From NCBI RefSeq assembly GCF_050920415.1, contig NZ_CP169309.1: a stretch of DNA of 64,000 nucleotides. One strand, written 5' to 3'. This stretch comes from Escherichia coli. Its GTDB lineage: Bacteria; Pseudomonadota; Gammaproteobacteria; Enterobacterales; Enterobacteriaceae. Below are positions 12,919-28,347 of this stretch, in pieces. A program made the position numbers and the translations under genes. Numbering within the stretch: position 1 is the stretch's first letter; every line of letters starts with the position of its first letter. The notes below the pieces were generated by a model, which saw nothing but the letters and a program-made list of their open reading frames with translations, did not search any database and was not told the DNA's origin.

Positions 12919-13431
12919 ATGGACACCGTGAATATTTATCGACTCTCTTTTGTATCCTGCCTGGTCATGGCGATGCCTTCCGCCATGGCGGTTGAATTCA
13001 ACCTGAATGTCCTCGACAAATCGATGCGTGAGCGCATTGATATTTCATTATTAAAGGAAAAAGGTGTCATTGCTCCCGGTGAATATTTTGTCAGCATTGC
13101 AGTAAATAATAACCAAATCAGTAATGGGCAAAAAATTAACTGGCAAAAAAAGGGTGACAATACCATTCCGTGCATCAATGATTTATTGGTCGATAAATTT
13201 GGCTTAAAACCTGAAGTCCGTCAGTCGTTACCCCTGATTAATCAGTGCGTCGATTTTAGCACCCGACCAGAAATGCTCTTCAATTTTGATCAGGCCAGTC
13301 AGCAACTGAATATCACCATCCCACAGGCCTGGCTGGCGTGGCACTCAGATAACTGGACTCCACCCTCCACATGGAAAGAAGGTGTCCCCGGTGTCCTGAT
13401 GGATTACAACTTGTTTGCCAGCAGCTACCGC
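12919..13431 (+). pseudogene. ybgQ: Fimbrial usher, N-terminal fragment (gene split by IS21-like insertion)
   Basis: Usher N-terminal domain reads up to ...DYNLFASSYR, then runs into the IS left end and a stop. Confidence 0.85.
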
Positions 13432-13532
13432 TGTCAGCGCCAATGATATAAGACAGTAATTCACCATTTGGATTGTCCGCTCCACCCAACATGTTGTTTC
13501 CTTAAGGTTCCTACACCACAAAGGGAACACTC

Positions 13533-14703
13533 ATGCTGAGCAGAGAGGACTTTTACATGATAAAGCAAATGCGCCAGCAAGGTGCGTATATTGTTGATAT
13601 TGCCACTCAGGTTGGTTGCTCTGAGCGGACTGTCAGACGGTACCTGAAATACCCGGAACCTCCGGCCAGAAAAACACGCCACAAAATGGCCAAACTCAAG
13701 CCGTTCATGGACTATATCGACATGCGTCTGGCTGAGAATGTCTGGAACGGCGAGGTCATCCTGGCGGAAATCAAAGCGATGGGTTATACCGGTGGCCGTT
13801 CCATGTTGCGTTACTACATCCAGCCCAAACGTAAGATGCGGCCATCGAAGAAAACGGTTCGCTTCGAAACTCAGCCCGGTTACCAGCTACAGCATGACTG
13901 GGGAGAAGTTGAGGCTGAGGTTGCCGGGCAACGATGCAGGGTTAACTTCGCGGTTAATACGCTGGGGTTCTCACGTCGCTTCCATGTCTTCGCGGCACCA
14001 AAGCAGGATGCTGAACATACCTATGAGTCACTGGTCCGCGCCTTTCGCTACTTCGGCGGCAGCGTGAAAACCGTGCTGGTCGATAACCAGAAAGCCGCAG
14101 TGCTGAAAAATAACAACGGGAAGGTGGTGTTCAACTCCGGGTTCCTGCTGCTGGCCGATCACTATGGCTTCCTGCCACGGGCCTGCCGTCCACGAAGGGC
14201 CAGAACCAAAGGTAAGGTGGAACGGATGGTGAAATACCTCAAGGAAAACTTCTTCGTCCGGTACCGCCGGTTCGACAGCTTCGCCCATGTTAATCAGCTA
14301 CTGGAGCAGTGGATGGCTGACGTTGCCGACAGGCGGGAACTTCGCCAGTTCAGGCAGACACCGGAACAGCGCTTCACGCAGGAACAGGTGCATCTGCAGG
14401 CGCTGCCAGGTACGGACTTCGATACCAGCTACTTCGATATCCGTCATGTCTCCTGGGATGGCTATATCGAGGTTGGCGGGAACCGTTACAGCGTGCCGGA
14501 AAGCCTGTGTGGCCAGCCGGTATCAATACGGATCTCGCTGGATGATGAACTGCGATTTACAGTAATGAGCAACAGGTAGCATCGCACCGTCTCTGTTCGG
14601 CTGTATACGGCTGGCAGACCGTGCCGGAGCATCACGCCCCACTCTGGCAGCAGGTCAGTCAGGTGGAACACAGGCCGTTGAGTGCCTATGAGGAGCTGTT
14701 GTG

Positions 14704-14704
<1 letters not shown>
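13533..14704 (+). pseudogene. istA: IS21-family transposase IstA, apparent -1 frameshift near 14550-14580
   Basis: 348 aa ORF (HTH + DDE) stops at 14579; the last ~40 codons continue in another frame and end with TGA overlapping the istB ATG. Confidence 0.7.
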
Positions 14705-15499
<795 letters not shown>

Positions 15500-15556
15500 T
15501 GACCAATAGCGGACATTAAAAATGGCGAAAAACGGCCAATAATCTTGGCGTTGACA

Positions 15557-17508
15557 ACCGCCCACAGGATGGCAGCAGCAGCACTAATCTTAACGCCTAC
15601 GGAACAGCCGGAATTAACGCGGGGGCATGGCGCTTACGCAGTGACTATCAGTTGAATCAAAATGATGGCAATGATAACCATGAACAGTCAGGCGAAATAT
15701 CACGTACCTATCTTTTTCGCCCGCTACCGCAATTAGGTTCAAAATTAACCCTCGGCGAAACGGATTTTAGTTCCAATATTTTCGACGGTTTTTCTTATAC
15801 CGGCGCGGCACTGGCGAGTGACGACCGGATGTTACCGTGGGAACTGCGCGGCTACGCTCCACAAATTAGCGGTATTGCACAAACCAATGCCACGGTGACG
15901 ATCAGTCAATCAGGCCGCGTCATCTACCAGAAAAAAGTCCCGCCAGGTCCGTTTATCATTGATGACCTTAATCAGTCCGTCCAGGGTACGTTGGATGTCA
16001 AAGTGACGGAAGAAGATGGTCGGGTGAACAATTTCCAGGTTTCGGCAGCATCGACGCCTTTCCTTACGCGCCAGGGGCAGGTTCGCTATAAACTTGCTGC
16101 CGGTCAGCCGCGAACATCTATGTCTCATCAAACTGAAAATGAAACCTTTTTTAGCAATGAAGTTTCCTGGGGGATGCTGTCAAATACCTCGCTGTACGGC
16201 GGCCTGCTGATTTCGGGTGACGACTACCATTCTGCCGCAATGGGTATCGGGCAAAATATGCTCTGGCTTGGCGCGCTATCGTTTGATGTCACCTGGGCCA
16301 GTAGTCAGTTTGATACTCAGCAGGACGAGCGGGGCTTAAGTTACCGCTTTAATTACAGCAAACAAGTGGATGCCACTAACAGCACGATTTCGCTCGCCGC
16401 TTATCGCTTCTCAGATCGTCATTTTCACAGCTACGCCAACTATCTGGATCACAAATACAACGACAACGATGCGCAGGACGAAAAACAGACGATCAGCTTA
16501 TCCGTGGGGCAACCGATTACCCCACTGAACCTCAATCTGTACGCCAACCTGCTGCATCAAACCTGGTGGAATGCAGACGCCTCCACGACCGCCAACATCA
16601 CGGCGGGTTTTAATGTTGATATTGGTAACTGGAGAGATATCTCTATTTCGACGTCATTCAATACAACCCATTACGAAGATAAAGATCGCGACAACCAGAT
16701 TTACCTGTCGATTTCGCTTCCCTTCGGTAACGGTGGTCGGGTCGGTTATGACATGCAAAACAGTAGCCACAGCACCACACACCGCATGTCGTGGAACGAT
16801 ACGCTGGATGAACGAAATAGCTGGGGGATGTCTGCTGGACTACAATCCGACCGTCCGGACAATGGAGCCCAGGTGAGCGGTAACTATCAGCACCTGAGTT
16901 CAGCGGGTGAGTGGGATCTTTCTGGTACTTATGCTGCCAATGACTACAGTTCTGTTAGCAGCAGCTGGAGTGGTTCTTTCACGGCGACGCAATATGGTGC
17001 AGCCTTCCATCGCCGCAGCTCCACCAATGAACCACGCCTGATGGTCAGCACCGATGGCGTGGCAGATATTCCGGTTCAGGGCAATCTCGACTACACCAAC
17101 CATTTTGGCATTGCAGTGGTACCGCTGGTTTCCAGTTATCAACCTTCCACCGTGGCCGTGAACATGAACGACTTACCCGACGGCGTGACGGTGACAGAAA
17201 ACGTCATCAAAGAAACGTGGATTGAAGGCGCAATAGGTTACAAATCACTGGCATCCCGTTCCGGTAAAGACATTAACGTCATCATTCGCAACGCCAGCGG
17301 TCAGTTCCCTCCCCTCGGTGCGGATATCCGTCAGGATGGCAGCAGCATTAGCGTGGGGATGGTTGGCGAGGAAGGACACGCCTGGTTAAGCGGAGTCGCT
17401 GAAAATCAAAAGTTTACCGTGGTCTGGGGTGATAGTCAGCGTTGCTCGATCCATCTTCCTGAACATATGGAAGACACCGCAAATCGCCTGATTTTACCTT
17501 GTCATTAA
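15557..17508 (+). pseudogene. ybgQ: Fimbrial usher, C-terminal fragment
   Basis: Frame continues RPQDGSSSTNLNAYGTAGINAGAWRLRSDYQ... (usher barrel and C-terminal domains); in frame with the N-fragment once the IS and one TSD copy are removed. Confidence 0.85.
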
Positions 17509-17522
17509 TTAAGGAAATGAAA

Positions 17523-18254
17523 ATGACATTTATGAAAGGACTTCCCCTTTTGTTGTTGGTTACCAGTCTGTGTAGCCACGCTGCACTACAACCCGACCGC
17601 ACTCGCATTGTGTTTAACGCTAATGATAAAGCTACCAGTCTGCGAGTAGATAATCGTAGCGATAAACTCCCCTACCTCGCTTATTCCTGGCTCGAAAATG
17701 AAAAAGGGGAGAAAAGCGACGATCTTCTGGTCGCCCTGCCACCGATACAACGTCTGGAACCGAAAGCAACAACGCAGGTGCGGATAGTCAAGCAAGCCTC
17801 GACCGCGAAATTACCGGGCGATCGCGAAACGCTATTTTTCTACAATATGCGTGAAATTCCTCCCGCCCCGGAAAAAAACAGCGACCATGCCGTTCTGCAA
17901 GTCGCCATCCAGAGCCGTATCAAGGTGTTCTGGCGACCGTCTGCATTACGCAAGAAAGCAGGAGAAAAGGTCGAACTGCAGTTACAGGTCAGCCAGCAGG
18001 GCAATCAGCTTAGCTTAAAAAACCCTACTGGCTATTATCTGACCATCGCGTATCTTGGGCGAAATGAGCAAAGCGTTCTCCCGGGCTTCAAAACTGTGAT
18101 GATTGCGCCTTTTAGTACAGTAAGTACAACCACTGGAAATTATAGTGGCAGCCAGTTTTATCTCGGTTATATGGATGATTATGGCGCATTACGCATGACA
18201 ACGCTCAACTGTAACGGGCAATGCCGTTTACAGGCTGTGGAGGCGAAGAAATGA
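17523..18254 (+). CDS. ybgP: Fimbrial periplasmic chaperone
   Basis: PapD-like ORF; start chosen at ATG 7 nt after an AGGA RBS. Confidence 0.9.
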   Translation: MTFMKGLPLLLLVTSLCSHAALQPDRTRIVFNANDKATSLRVDNRSDKLPYLAYSWLENEKGEKSDDLLVALPPIQRLEPKATTQVRIVKQASTAKLPGDRETLFFYNMREIPPAPEKNSDHAVLQVAIQSRIKVFWRPSALRKKAGEKVELQLQVSQQGNQLSLKNPTGYYLTIAYLGRNEQSVLPGFKTVMIAPFSTVSTTTGNYSGSQFYLGYMDDYGALRMTTLNCNGQCRLQAVEAKK

Positions 18255-19312
18255 GTGCTGGCAAGGGATTGTTGCTCATCATCTGTCTGTTATTTCTACC
18301 GTTAAAATCTGCGCTTGCCCTGAACTGTTACTTTGGTTCATCCGGTGGTTCGGTAGAAAAATCGGAATCTATTCAACCATTTGCTGTGCCAGGGAATGCC
18401 AAACCCGGCGATAAGATCTGGGAGTCTGACGATATTAAAATTCCCGTCTATTGTGACAACAATACTAACGGCAACTTTGAGAGCGAGCATGTCTACGCCT
18501 GGGTAAACCCGTACCCGGGAATTCAGGATCGCTATTATCAACTCGGCGTAACTTACAATGGTGTTGATTATGATGCTAACCAGGGAAAAAGCCGCATCGA
18601 CACTAACCAGTGCATCGACAGCAAAAACATTAATATTTATACCCCTGAGCAGATCATCGCGATGGGATGGCAGAACAAAATTTGCTCTGGTGATCCCAAT
18701 AATATTCATATGTCGCGTACGTTTCTCGCTCGCATGCGGTTATACGTCAAGATACGAGAGATACCGCCGCATGATTATCAAAGTACGCTCAGCGATTACA
18801 TTGTGGTGCAATTTGATGGCGAAGGAAGCATTAATGAGGACCCAACCGCCCAAAACCTGAAATATCATATTACCGGTCTGGAAAACATTCGGGTATTGGA
18901 TTGCAGCGTCAATTTTTCTATTACCCCAGCCAACCAGGTCATTGATTTTGGTAAATTTAATGTACTGGATATCCGGCGACACAACATGACAAAAACATTC
19001 GGTATTAAAACGACAAAATCACAAAACGATCAATGTACCGACGGATTCAAAGTCAGCTCCTCGTTTTATACCGAAGAAACGTTGGTTGAAGAAGATAAAG
19101 CATTGCTGATTGGTAATGGTCTGAAACTACGTTTACTGGATGAAAACGCTTCGCCCTATACCTTCAACAAATACAGCGAATATGCCGACTTCACCAGTGA
19201 CATGCTGATCTACGAAAAAACCTATACGGCTGAACTTTCGTCTATTCCCGGCACTCCCATTGAGGCTGGCTCCTTCGATACCGTGGTGCTTTTTAAGATT
19301 AACTATAACTAA
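18251..19312 (+). CDS. ybgO: Fimbrial adhesin-like protein
   Basis: 353 aa from [15 protein letters not shown]... with signal peptide; ATGA overlap with ybgP. Confidence 0.88.
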   Translation: MSAGKGLLLIICLLFLPLKSALALNCYFGSSGGSVEKSESIQPFAVPGNAKPGDKIWESDDIKIPVYCDNNTNGNFESEHVYAWVNPYPGIQDRYYQLGVTYNGVDYDANQGKSRIDTNQCIDSKNINIYTPEQIIAMGWQNKICSGDPNNIHMSRTFLARMRLYVKIREIPPHDYQSTLSDYIVVQFDGEGSINEDPTAQNLKYHITGLENIRVLDCSVNFSITPANQVIDFGKFNVLDIRRHNMTKTFGIKTTKSQNDQCTDGFKVSSSFYTEETLVEEDKALLIGNGLKLRLLDENASPYTFNKYSEYADFTSDMLIYEKTYTAELSSIPGTPIEAGSFDTVVLFKINYN

Positions 19313-19320
19313 TTTCCCAT

Positions 19321-19353
19321 GATGCCCTTTGCAACCGAAAGGGCATCTCTTTC
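19321..19353. terminator. Rho-independent terminator after ybgO
   Basis: gatgcccttt...aaagggcatc hairpin followed by tctttc. Confidence 0.7.
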
Positions 19354-19462
19354 AGAAAATTGCTGATTTTCCCCTTTTCCTTGATTGCTGTTATTTTTTC
19401 CTGGCCCGGCTTTCTTTATGCTGTATCGATACACCAAAGAGAAAATAATGAGGAAGCGAAGG

Positions 19463-20509
19463 ATGCCAGTTTTGCAGTGGGGAATGTTATGTGTGCTTTC
19501 ACTTCTCCTTTCTATTGGCTTCCTCGCGGTACATCTTCCGGCGGCACTATTACTTGGGCCAATGATCGCCGGAATCATCTTTAGTATGCGCGGAATTACT
19601 CTGCAACTTCCCCGATCCGCTTTTCTCGCCGCCCAAGCCATTCTTGGCTGCATGATTGCACAAAACCTAACCGGTTCGATTCTCACCACGCTAGCGGTGA
19701 ACTGGCCGATTGTGTTAGCTATTTTACTGGTGACGTTACTTTCCAGCGCCATCGTGGGTTGGTTATTGGTGCGCTATAGCTCACTGCCTGGAAATACCGG
19801 TGCCTGGGGTTCTTCTCCTGGCGGCGCGGCGGCAATGGTCGCTATGGCGCAAGATTACGGCGCAGATATTCGCCTGGTGGCATTTATGCAATATCTGCGA
19901 GTGCTGTTCGTCGCGGGGGCCGCTGTTCTGGTCACCCGCATGATGCTGGGCGATAACGCTGAAGCGGTTAACCAGCAGATCGTCTGGTTCCCGCCAGTGA
20001 GCATTAATCTCCTGCTTACAATTTTGCTCGCGGTCGCTGCCGGTACGGCGGGATGCTTGCTACGTCTTCCTTCCGGCACGATGCTCATCCCGATGCTGGC
20101 AGGCGCGCTGCTCCAGTCTGGTGAGTACATAACCATCGAACTACCGGAATGGCTTCTGGCGATAGCCTATATGGCAATTGGCTGGCGGATTGGTCTTGGT
20201 TTCGATAAACAAATATTACTGCGAGCATTGCGCCCGCTACCGCAAATCTTGCTGTCGATTTTTGCTCTGCTGGCTATTTGTGCAGGTATGGCGTGGGGAC
20301 TGACCCGGTTTATGCATATTGATTTTATGACTGCCTACCTCGCCACCAGTCCCGGCGGGCTTGATACCGTGGCGGTCATCGCCGCAGGGAGCAATGCCGA
20401 TATGGCGCTTATTATGGCGATGCAAACCCTACGCCTGTTCAGTATTTTGCTGACGGGGCCAGCCATTGCGCGGTTTATTTCAACCTATGCGCCGAAGCGG
20501 TCGGCCTAG
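19463..20509 (+). CDS. abrB: AbrB-family membrane protein (putative regulator/transporter)
   Basis: 348 aa polytopic membrane ORF from [12 protein letters not shown]...; convergent 4-bp overlap with nei. Confidence 0.9.
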   Translation: MPVLQWGMLCVLSLLLSIGFLAVHLPAALLLGPMIAGIIFSMRGITLQLPRSAFLAAQAILGCMIAQNLTGSILTTLAVNWPIVLAILLVTLLSSAIVGWLLVRYSSLPGNTGAWGSSPGGAAAMVAMAQDYGADIRLVAFMQYLRVLFVAGAAVLVTRMMLGDNAEAVNQQIVWFPPVSINLLLTILLAVAAGTAGCLLRLPSGTMLIPMLAGALLQSGEYITIELPEWLLAIAYMAIGWRIGLGFDKQILLRALRPLPQILLSIFALLAICAGMAWGLTRFMHIDFMTAYLATSPGGLDTVAVIAAGSNADMALIMAMQTLRLFSILLTGPAIARFISTYAPKRSA

Positions 20510-21297
20510 TGCTGGCAGCCTGGACACCAGTAAAACGGGCGCGAGGACAACGTGGTTTTCTCAATGATGCTGCCACAACGTTCGCACGGTTCGCCATCAC
20601 GATGAAAAACCTTAAAGCGAAACAGCGCCCCATGATGTTTATTCTCATCCACCTGCCCCCGCGTAGCGTAAGAAAGTCGAGGAATCTCCAGTAACGCGTG
20701 TGCGAGTGCATCCAGTTGCGCCGCATTGAGATCTTTCGCTTTATGATTGCCGGTTAACCCCACCTGCCAGAGGATCTCCACCCGCAAATAATTGCCAAGC
20801 CCAGCCAGAAACGCCTGATCGAGTAGTAATCCAGCAAACTGACGGTTACGAAAGCGCGGCGACAATAACCGTTCTTTCGCCGCCTCCGGCGTCAGTTTCG
20901 GATCCAGCACATCGGGGCCAACGCGTTGTAAAAACGGATGCGTGGTCAGTTGTTCCGGGGTCAACATCTCAATATCCGAGGCGCTATAAAGCAGAATGGT
21001 TTTGTCAGCCGTTTGCAGTTTTACCCGCAATACTCGCGTGGTCTGCGGCTCTTCGCCGGTATCAACCACGCGCCAGACGCCGTAAAGCTGATTATGGCTG
21101 TAGAGCGTTAACCCGTTGGAAAAATGAGTTAACAACGCCTTACCTCGCGTTTCCACATGGGTAACGTGTTGACCGATAAGTTGTGATTGATAAGGTTTTA
21201 ACTGCGGGAAGGCAAACCAGACATCAGTTAGAGGTTTGCCTTTGATCGCCGCCTCCAGGTTATCCGCTGCACGGCGGATCTCCGGGCCTTCAGGCAT
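20506..21297 (-). CDS. nei: Endonuclease VIII (DNA glycosylase/AP lyase)
   Basis: 263 aa, N-terminal [10 protein letters not shown]-terminal zinc finger CERCG...CPGCQ. Confidence 0.96.
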   Translation of the reverse strand: MPEGPEIRRAADNLEAAIKGKPLTDVWFAFPQLKPYQSQLIGQHVTHVETRGKALLTHFSNGLTLYSHNQLYGVWRVVDTGEEPQTTRVLRVKLQTADKTILLYSASDIEMLTPEQLTTHPFLQRVGPDVLDPKLTPEAAKERLLSPRFRNRQFAGLLLDQAFLAGLGNYLRVEILWQVGLTGNHKAKDLNAAQLDALAHALLEIPRLSYATRGQVDENKHHGALFRFKVFHRDGEPCERCGSIIEKTTLSSRPFYWCPGCQH

Positions 21298-21332
21298 GGT
21301 GATATCCTTTTTTCATTCTTTATTAAGCGGGG

Positions 21333-22067
21333 TTATGCTGCGACAACAATCCCCTTTTCGGCAAATGTAGAGCGTAGTCGGCGGGCGAACGCCAGTGCGT
21401 GTTCTCCATCGCCATGCAGGCAGACCGTTTGCGCCGTGACCGTTGCCCATTCGCCGTTGATACTTTTGACTCTGCCGTGTTGCACCATCTCCAACGTTTG
21501 CGCCAGCGCCTGTTCTTCGTTTTCAATCAACGCGCCTGGCTGGCTTCGCGGCACCAGCGAGCCGTCAGCCTGATAACCGCGATCGGCAAACACTTCCTCG
21601 CGCGTTGTCAGGCCATATTGCTTGCCTGCACGAATCAGCTCGCTTCCCGCCAGCCCGACGAGAATCAATGCCGGATCGCAAGCGTAAACCGCTCTGGCGA
21701 TGGCGTCTGCCAGTTGTGCCTCTTTCGCCGCCTGGTTGTATAACATGCCGTGCGGTTTGACATGACGCATTACGCCGCCTTGCGCACGGGCAATCGCTGC
21801 CAGCGCGCCAATTTGATACAGCGTCTGGGCATAAACGGTTTCTGGCGGCAGCTGCATAGCGCTGCGACCAAAATTTTCCCTGTCGGGAAAACTCGGATGA
21901 GCGCCAATCGCGACACCATTTTTTATTGCTTCACGCACGCAAGCGTGCATGATTTGCGCATCGCCAGCATGAAATCCACAGGCAATATTGGCAGAGGAAA
22001 CCAGCGTTAATAGCTCTGCGTCGCTGACACAGCCTTCGCCCAGATCGGCGTTCAGGTCAATTTTCAT
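21333..22067 (-). CDS. pxpA: 5-oxoprolinase subunit A (LamB/YcsF family)
   Basis: 244 aa ORF starting [12 protein letters not shown]. Confidence 0.93.
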   Translation of the reverse strand: MKIDLNADLGEGCVSDAELLTLVSSANIACGFHAGDAQIMHACVREAIKNGVAIGAHPSFPDRENFGRSAMQLPPETVYAQTLYQIGALAAIARAQGGVMRHVKPHGMLYNQAAKEAQLADAIARAVYACDPALILVGLAGSELIRAGKQYGLTTREEVFADRGYQADGSLVPRSQPGALIENEEQALAQTLEMVQHGRVKSINGEWATVTAQTVCLHGDGEHALAFARRLRSTFAEKGIVVAA

Positions 22068-22989
22068 TGTGCAGCCGCCACGCTAATTGTTCGAAATAAC
22101 GTTGCTGATCTTGCCGTGCTTTCAGTGCCTCTTCCAGTGAACACTGGACAAAATGAATCGGCTGACCGAGCGGAATTTGCGCCAGATGGTACATATCAGC
22201 CTCAATGATACAGGCAATACGCGGATAACCACCGGTGGTCTGTGCGTCGTTCATCAATACAATCGGCTGGCCGTTATGCGGCACCTGCACCACGCCCGGC
22301 AACAAACCATGAGATAACAGTTCGCGATCGGTGGTGCGTTTTAAAATTTGCCCCTGTAAGCGATAACCCATACGGTTACTTTGCGGACTAAGCTGCCACG
22401 GCGAACGCCAGAATGCATCCTGCGAGGCGCGATCGAACTCATGATATTCCGGCCCCGGCAAGGCGCGAATGCGGTTGCCCCACAGCAGCTGTTTAACGCC
22501 CTGCGCTTCCATAAAATCACGCTTCGATTTGCCCATCGGGAGTCGGTCACCATCCTTCAGTAAACGGCCTTCCAGCCCACCAATCCCCACTTTAAGATCG
22601 GTACTGCATGACCCCATTACCGGCGGAACATCAATACCACCCGCGACCGCCAGATAACTGCGCATCCCGTGCTGCGGGCGTTTAAGCGTTAAACGCTGGC
22701 CTGCTTTCATCGGCAATCGCCAGCCAGTCCAGACGGCATTATCATCCAGCCGCGCTTCGCAACCTGCCCCCGTCAGGGCAAACCAACCATCAGTTTCGAA
22801 CTCTACCGTTAACTGACCGAGCGTTATCTCCAGCGCGGGGGCATTGGCGTCATTACCCACCAGCAGGTTAGCAATGCGTAACGCAGGCATATCCAGTGCG
22901 CCGCAGTGGCTGATACCAGACTGGCGAAAACCGTGACGACCGCCATCCTGCACAGTGGTATACATGCCCGCACGAATAATCTTCAGCAT
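22057..22989 (-). CDS. pxpC: 5-oxoprolinase subunit C
   Basis: 310 aa ORF in operon with pxpA and pxpB. Confidence 0.92.
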
Positions 22990-23639
22990 ACTCCCTCCTT
23001 CTGCGGTACAAAGCGCACGCTGTCTCCCGGACGTAATAAGATGGGTTCGTCACGCGCCGGATCAAACAGGCTGAGTGAGGTATGACCAATCAACTGCCAG
23101 CCGCCCGGCGTTGCCAGCGGATAAACACCGGTCTGCGGCCCGCCGATCCCGACAGAACCTGCCGGAACGAGCAAGCGCGGTTCAGCGCGCCGTGGCGTGT
23201 GTAGTTGTTCCGGCAAACTCCCGAGATACGGGAAGCCCGGTTGAAAACCTAAAAACCAGACCACGTATTCCACAGAGGAGTGCAATTCAACAACCTGTTT
23301 TTCGCTCAATCCACAATGCGCCGCGACCACCGCCAAATCCGGTCCGCCTGCGCCACCGTAAACCACCGGAATTTCAATAAAACGAGACTCCGGCTCCAGC
23401 GCCTCACTCTCCTCCCACCAGCGTTGCAAACGCTCTATGGCATCCAGCGCCAGCGACTCAGGATTACGTAAAATCACCGTGATATTGTTCATGCCGGGAA
23501 TGGCTTCAACCACATTCGGCATATCCACCAGACGCTGCGCCAGTCGCCAGATCCGTTTCTGGCTAGCCAGCGTCACCGGCGGTTCCAGCTCCAGCACTAC
23601 CGCCGTTTCACCTATCAGATAACAACGCGCTCGTTGCAC
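22983..23639 (-). CDS. pxpB: 5-oxoprolinase subunit B
   Basis: 218 aa ORF. Confidence 0.92.
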
Positions 23640-23661
23640 TTTCGATCCCTCTGATTATTCG

Positions 23662-24405
23662 TTATGCAGGATTAGGAATATCAATAAAGGTCACATCAAG
23701 ATCGGTATTTTCATTCAGCCACTCACTCAATGCGCGAATACCACCGCGTTCAGTGGCATGGTGACCCGCAGCATAAAAATGCAATCCCTGCTCGCGGGCT
23801 GAATGAATGGTCTGTTCAGAAACTTCGCCAGTAATAAAAGCATCCACGCCAAAACGCGCGGCGCTATCGATAAAACTTTGCCCGCCGCCCGTGCACCAGG
23901 CAACGCGCTGAATCACCTCAGGTCCGGTATCGCCACACCATAACGGCTTACGTCCCAGACGCGCTTCAATCCAGGAAGCCAATTCCAGTCCCGGCACAGG
24001 CATAGTCAGTTCGCCCCACGGCACTAACGGCTCAATTTCACCCAAGACCGTAATCCCAAGTAACGCCGCCAGCTGTGCGTTATTGCCCAGCTCCGGATGC
24101 GCGTCCAACGGCAGATGCCAGCCATACAGGTTGATATCATTCGCCAACAATGTTTTTAAGCGGTTACGCTTCATACCGCGAATTACTGGCGATTCCCCTT
24201 TCCAGAAATAACCATGATGCACAATGACCGCATCCGCGCCCAGACGCACCGCTTCATCGAGCAAAGCCTGGCTGGCGGTGACACCGGTAACAATTTTTTG
24301 CACCGTCTCTTTGCCTTCCACCTGCAAACCATTCGGCGCGTAATCACTAATCGCCGCGCTGTTCAGTTTTTCGTTAATCAGTTGTTCCAGTTCGGTGTTT
24401 TTCAT
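23662..24405 (-). CDS. ybgI: Nif3-family metal-binding protein (GTP cyclohydrolase 1 type 2 homolog)
   Basis: 247 aa ORF. Confidence 0.92.
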   Translation of the reverse strand: MKNTELEQLINEKLNSAAISDYAPNGLQVEGKETVQKIVTGVTASQALLDEAVRLGADAVIVHHGYFWKGESPVIRGMKRNRLKTLLANDINLYGWHLPLDAHPELGNNAQLAALLGITVLGEIEPLVPWGELTMPVPGLELASWIEARLGRKPLWCGDTGPEVIQRVAWCTGGGQSFIDSAARFGVDAFITGEVSEQTIHSAREQGLHFYAAGHHATERGGIRALSEWLNENTDLDVTFIDIPNPA

Positions 24406-24492
24406 CTTCGCGCCTTCCGTATTCTGATAGCTACACCGTTAACATAGCGTTACCTCGCCTGTTCGTCGATAGCCAATCTTTTGACATATTAA

Positions 24493-26157
<1,665 letters not shown>

Positions 26158-26164
26158 CAGGCCA

Positions 26165-26295
26165 GCACCGATGCCTGATAAGACGCTTAATGCGTCTTAT
26201 CAGGTCTGGATGTCCCTGCAATATATTGAATTTGCACTATTTGCCAGGCCGGAGAAGGCGTTCACGCAGTATCCGGCATCCGGGCAAGATTGCCT
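26165..26295. repeat. REP/BIME elements between dtpD and phr
   Basis: gcctgataagacgc...gcgtcttatcaggtc and ccggcatccggg units. Confidence 0.75.
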
Positions 26296-26305
26296 GACGC
26301 GTCTG

Positions 26306-27724
26306 TTATTTCCCCTTCCTCGCCGCCTCATACGCTGCTAACGTTCGTACTCTCGCTTCTTTGTGATCGACTATCGGTTGCGGATAATCCAGCGTCACAC
26401 CTGCTTTCTGCGCCCACTTCCACGGTTCATGCACCGCTTTCCCTGGTACATCACGCAACTCTGGTAACCACTGGCGGATAAACTCACCTTCGTGGTCAAA
26501 TTTCTCGCCCTGAGTTGTCGGGTTGAAAATACGGAAATACGGTGCAGCATCAGTTCCAGTAGAAGCCGCCCATTGCCAGCCACCGTTATTGGCTGCCAAA
26601 TCACCATCAATCAGTTGCGACATGAAATATCGCTCGCCTTCCCGCCAGTCGATCAGCAAATCTTTCACCAGAAAACTGGCAGTAATCATCCGCAGGCGAT
26701 TATGCATCCAGCCAGTGCTGTTAAGCTGACGCATGGCCGCATCAACAATCGGGTATCCCGTTTTGCCTTCCTGCCAGGCCTTTAAATGGGCGGGATTGCT
26801 TTGCCATTGCACGCGGTCGGTCCAGGCAATAAACGGTCGATGTTTACACAACGAGGGGTAATACGTCATCAGATGACGGTAGAACTCGCGCCAGATCAAC
26901 TCATTAAGCCAGACGCTACCGGCCCCACCGTCCAGCGCCTGCGGCTGTTCCGCCAACAGGCGATGCAGACACTGGCGAGGCGATAACCCGCCCGTTGCCA
27001 GGCTGGCGGACAAACGGCTGGTGCCTTCCACTGCAGGAAAATCTCGTTGTTGCTCGTACTCCCCTGCTCCGCTCTGGCAAAACTGGCGTAATTGCGCAAT
27101 CGCCGCTTTCTCTTCCACCGGGAAATGCGCAGTATCGAAAGGCTGACGAGGATAATTCAGCGTAATGGATGGCGCGGCTTCTATCATTACGCTACTACGT
27201 ACTTTTGGCGCAGCGACGCACTCCGGCACCCCTTCTCGCAGCCGTTTCAGCCAGGCGTTTTTAAATGGAGTAAAGACTTTGTACATCTCATGATTACCAG
27301 TCATCACCGCCCCCGGCGGCAGGATCACGCTGTCATCAAATCCTTCACACACCACGTTACGCAGCGTTCTCTCAACCTGCACATCCCGCGCCCGCTCATT
27401 CACCTCATACTGATAGTTATAAAACAGATGAGTAACACGATTTTCCGCGCACACCTGTTTAACTATTTCGACGCTGGCGGCAAAGTCATCCACTTCATGA
27501 AACAGCAAAGGAATGCCTTTTTCCGCCAGCGCGATTTGTAGCCCGTTCAGTTGTGCATTGATAAATTCAGCCTGACGCGGCGACACATTATGCGCCGCCC
27601 ACTGGCGTGGTGTAGCGATATACAACGCCAGCACGCGTGCAGACGAATTGCGGCAGGCGGCAGCAAGCGCGAGATTGTCGTGCAGACGTAAATCCTGGCG
27701 AAACCAGACCAGATGGGTAGTCAT
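26306..27724 (-). CDS. phr: Deoxyribodipyrimidine photolyase
   Basis: 472 aa ORF starting MTTHLVWFRQDLRLHDN. Confidence 0.96.
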   Translation of the reverse strand: MTTHLVWFRQDLRLHDNLALAAACRNSSARVLALYIATPRQWAAHNVSPRQAEFINAQLNGLQIALAEKGIPLLFHEVDDFAASVEIVKQVCAENRVTHLFYNYQYEVNERARDVQVERTLRNVVCEGFDDSVILPPGAVMTGNHEMYKVFTPFKNAWLKRLREGVPECVAAPKVRSSVMIEAAPSITLNYPRQPFDTAHFPVEEKAAIAQLRQFCQSGAGEYEQQRDFPAVEGTSRLSASLATGGLSPRQCLHRLLAEQPQALDGGAGSVWLNELIWREFYRHLMTYYPSLCKHRPFIAWTDRVQWQSNPAHLKAWQEGKTGYPIVDAAMRQLNSTGWMHNRLRMITASFLVKDLLIDWREGERYFMSQLIDGDLAANNGGWQWAASTGTDAAPYFRIFNPTTQGEKFDHEGEFIRQWLPELRDVPGKAVHEPWKWAQKAGVTLDYPQPIVDHKEARVRTLAAYEAARKGK

Positions 27725-28230
27725 AAAACTCCTGCATGGCGCAAGTTAATCACCCGCGGCCAAAGTTCGAAATAACGCTGCTCTGAAAGCCAGGCGTCAG
27801 GATAAAGCGCCATATAGTGTTTGATACGCATCAGCGGCGCAAGAAGCGGTTGCTCGCCACGGCGATAACTGTCGATAAGCGCCGCCAGTTGTAGACGTGC
27901 TGCGGAGTCAAGGTGTGGGCGAAAATAACCCTGAACGTGCATCAAAACGTTTGTATGATCGCGCCGATTGGCGGGATGAGAAAGCAAAACAATGACGCGT
28001 TGGCGGTACTGGTTGTAATAATCATCCAGATTTTGCCACTGGTGAATATCTGCCACAAACGGGCCAAGTTTGCGGTATTCCGGCTGGGAATGGGCCAGAA
28101 AGACGAGTTTATAGCGGCTGTGATAATCGAGAAGCGCCCCGCGCGTTAAGCCGTGTGATTTCAGTCGATGTAACTCATGAAGGGCGAAGATACGGATTAG
28201 AGTGCTGTCATCAAATCGTTGCTGATTCAT
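27721..28230 (-). CDS. ybgA: DUF1722 protein co-transcribed with phr
   Basis: 169 aa ORF, ATGA overlap with phr. Confidence 0.92.
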   Translation of the reverse strand: MNQQRFDDSTLIRIFALHELHRLKSHGLTRGALLDYHSRYKLVFLAHSQPEYRKLGPFVADIHQWQNLDDYYNQYRQRVIVLLSHPANRRDHTNVLMHVQGYFRPHLDSAARLQLAALIDSYRRGEQPLLAPLMRIKHYMALYPDAWLSEQRYFELWPRVINLRHAGVL

Positions 28231-28347
28231 TACTGCTCCTGAACGGTTTACAGGAGTAAGTGTAGACGTTGGGAAATGATATTTGTGAAGTTAATCCTGT
28301 TGTAGCAGGGCAAGATTACGAAAGCCCGCTCCCCGCAAGGACTGACG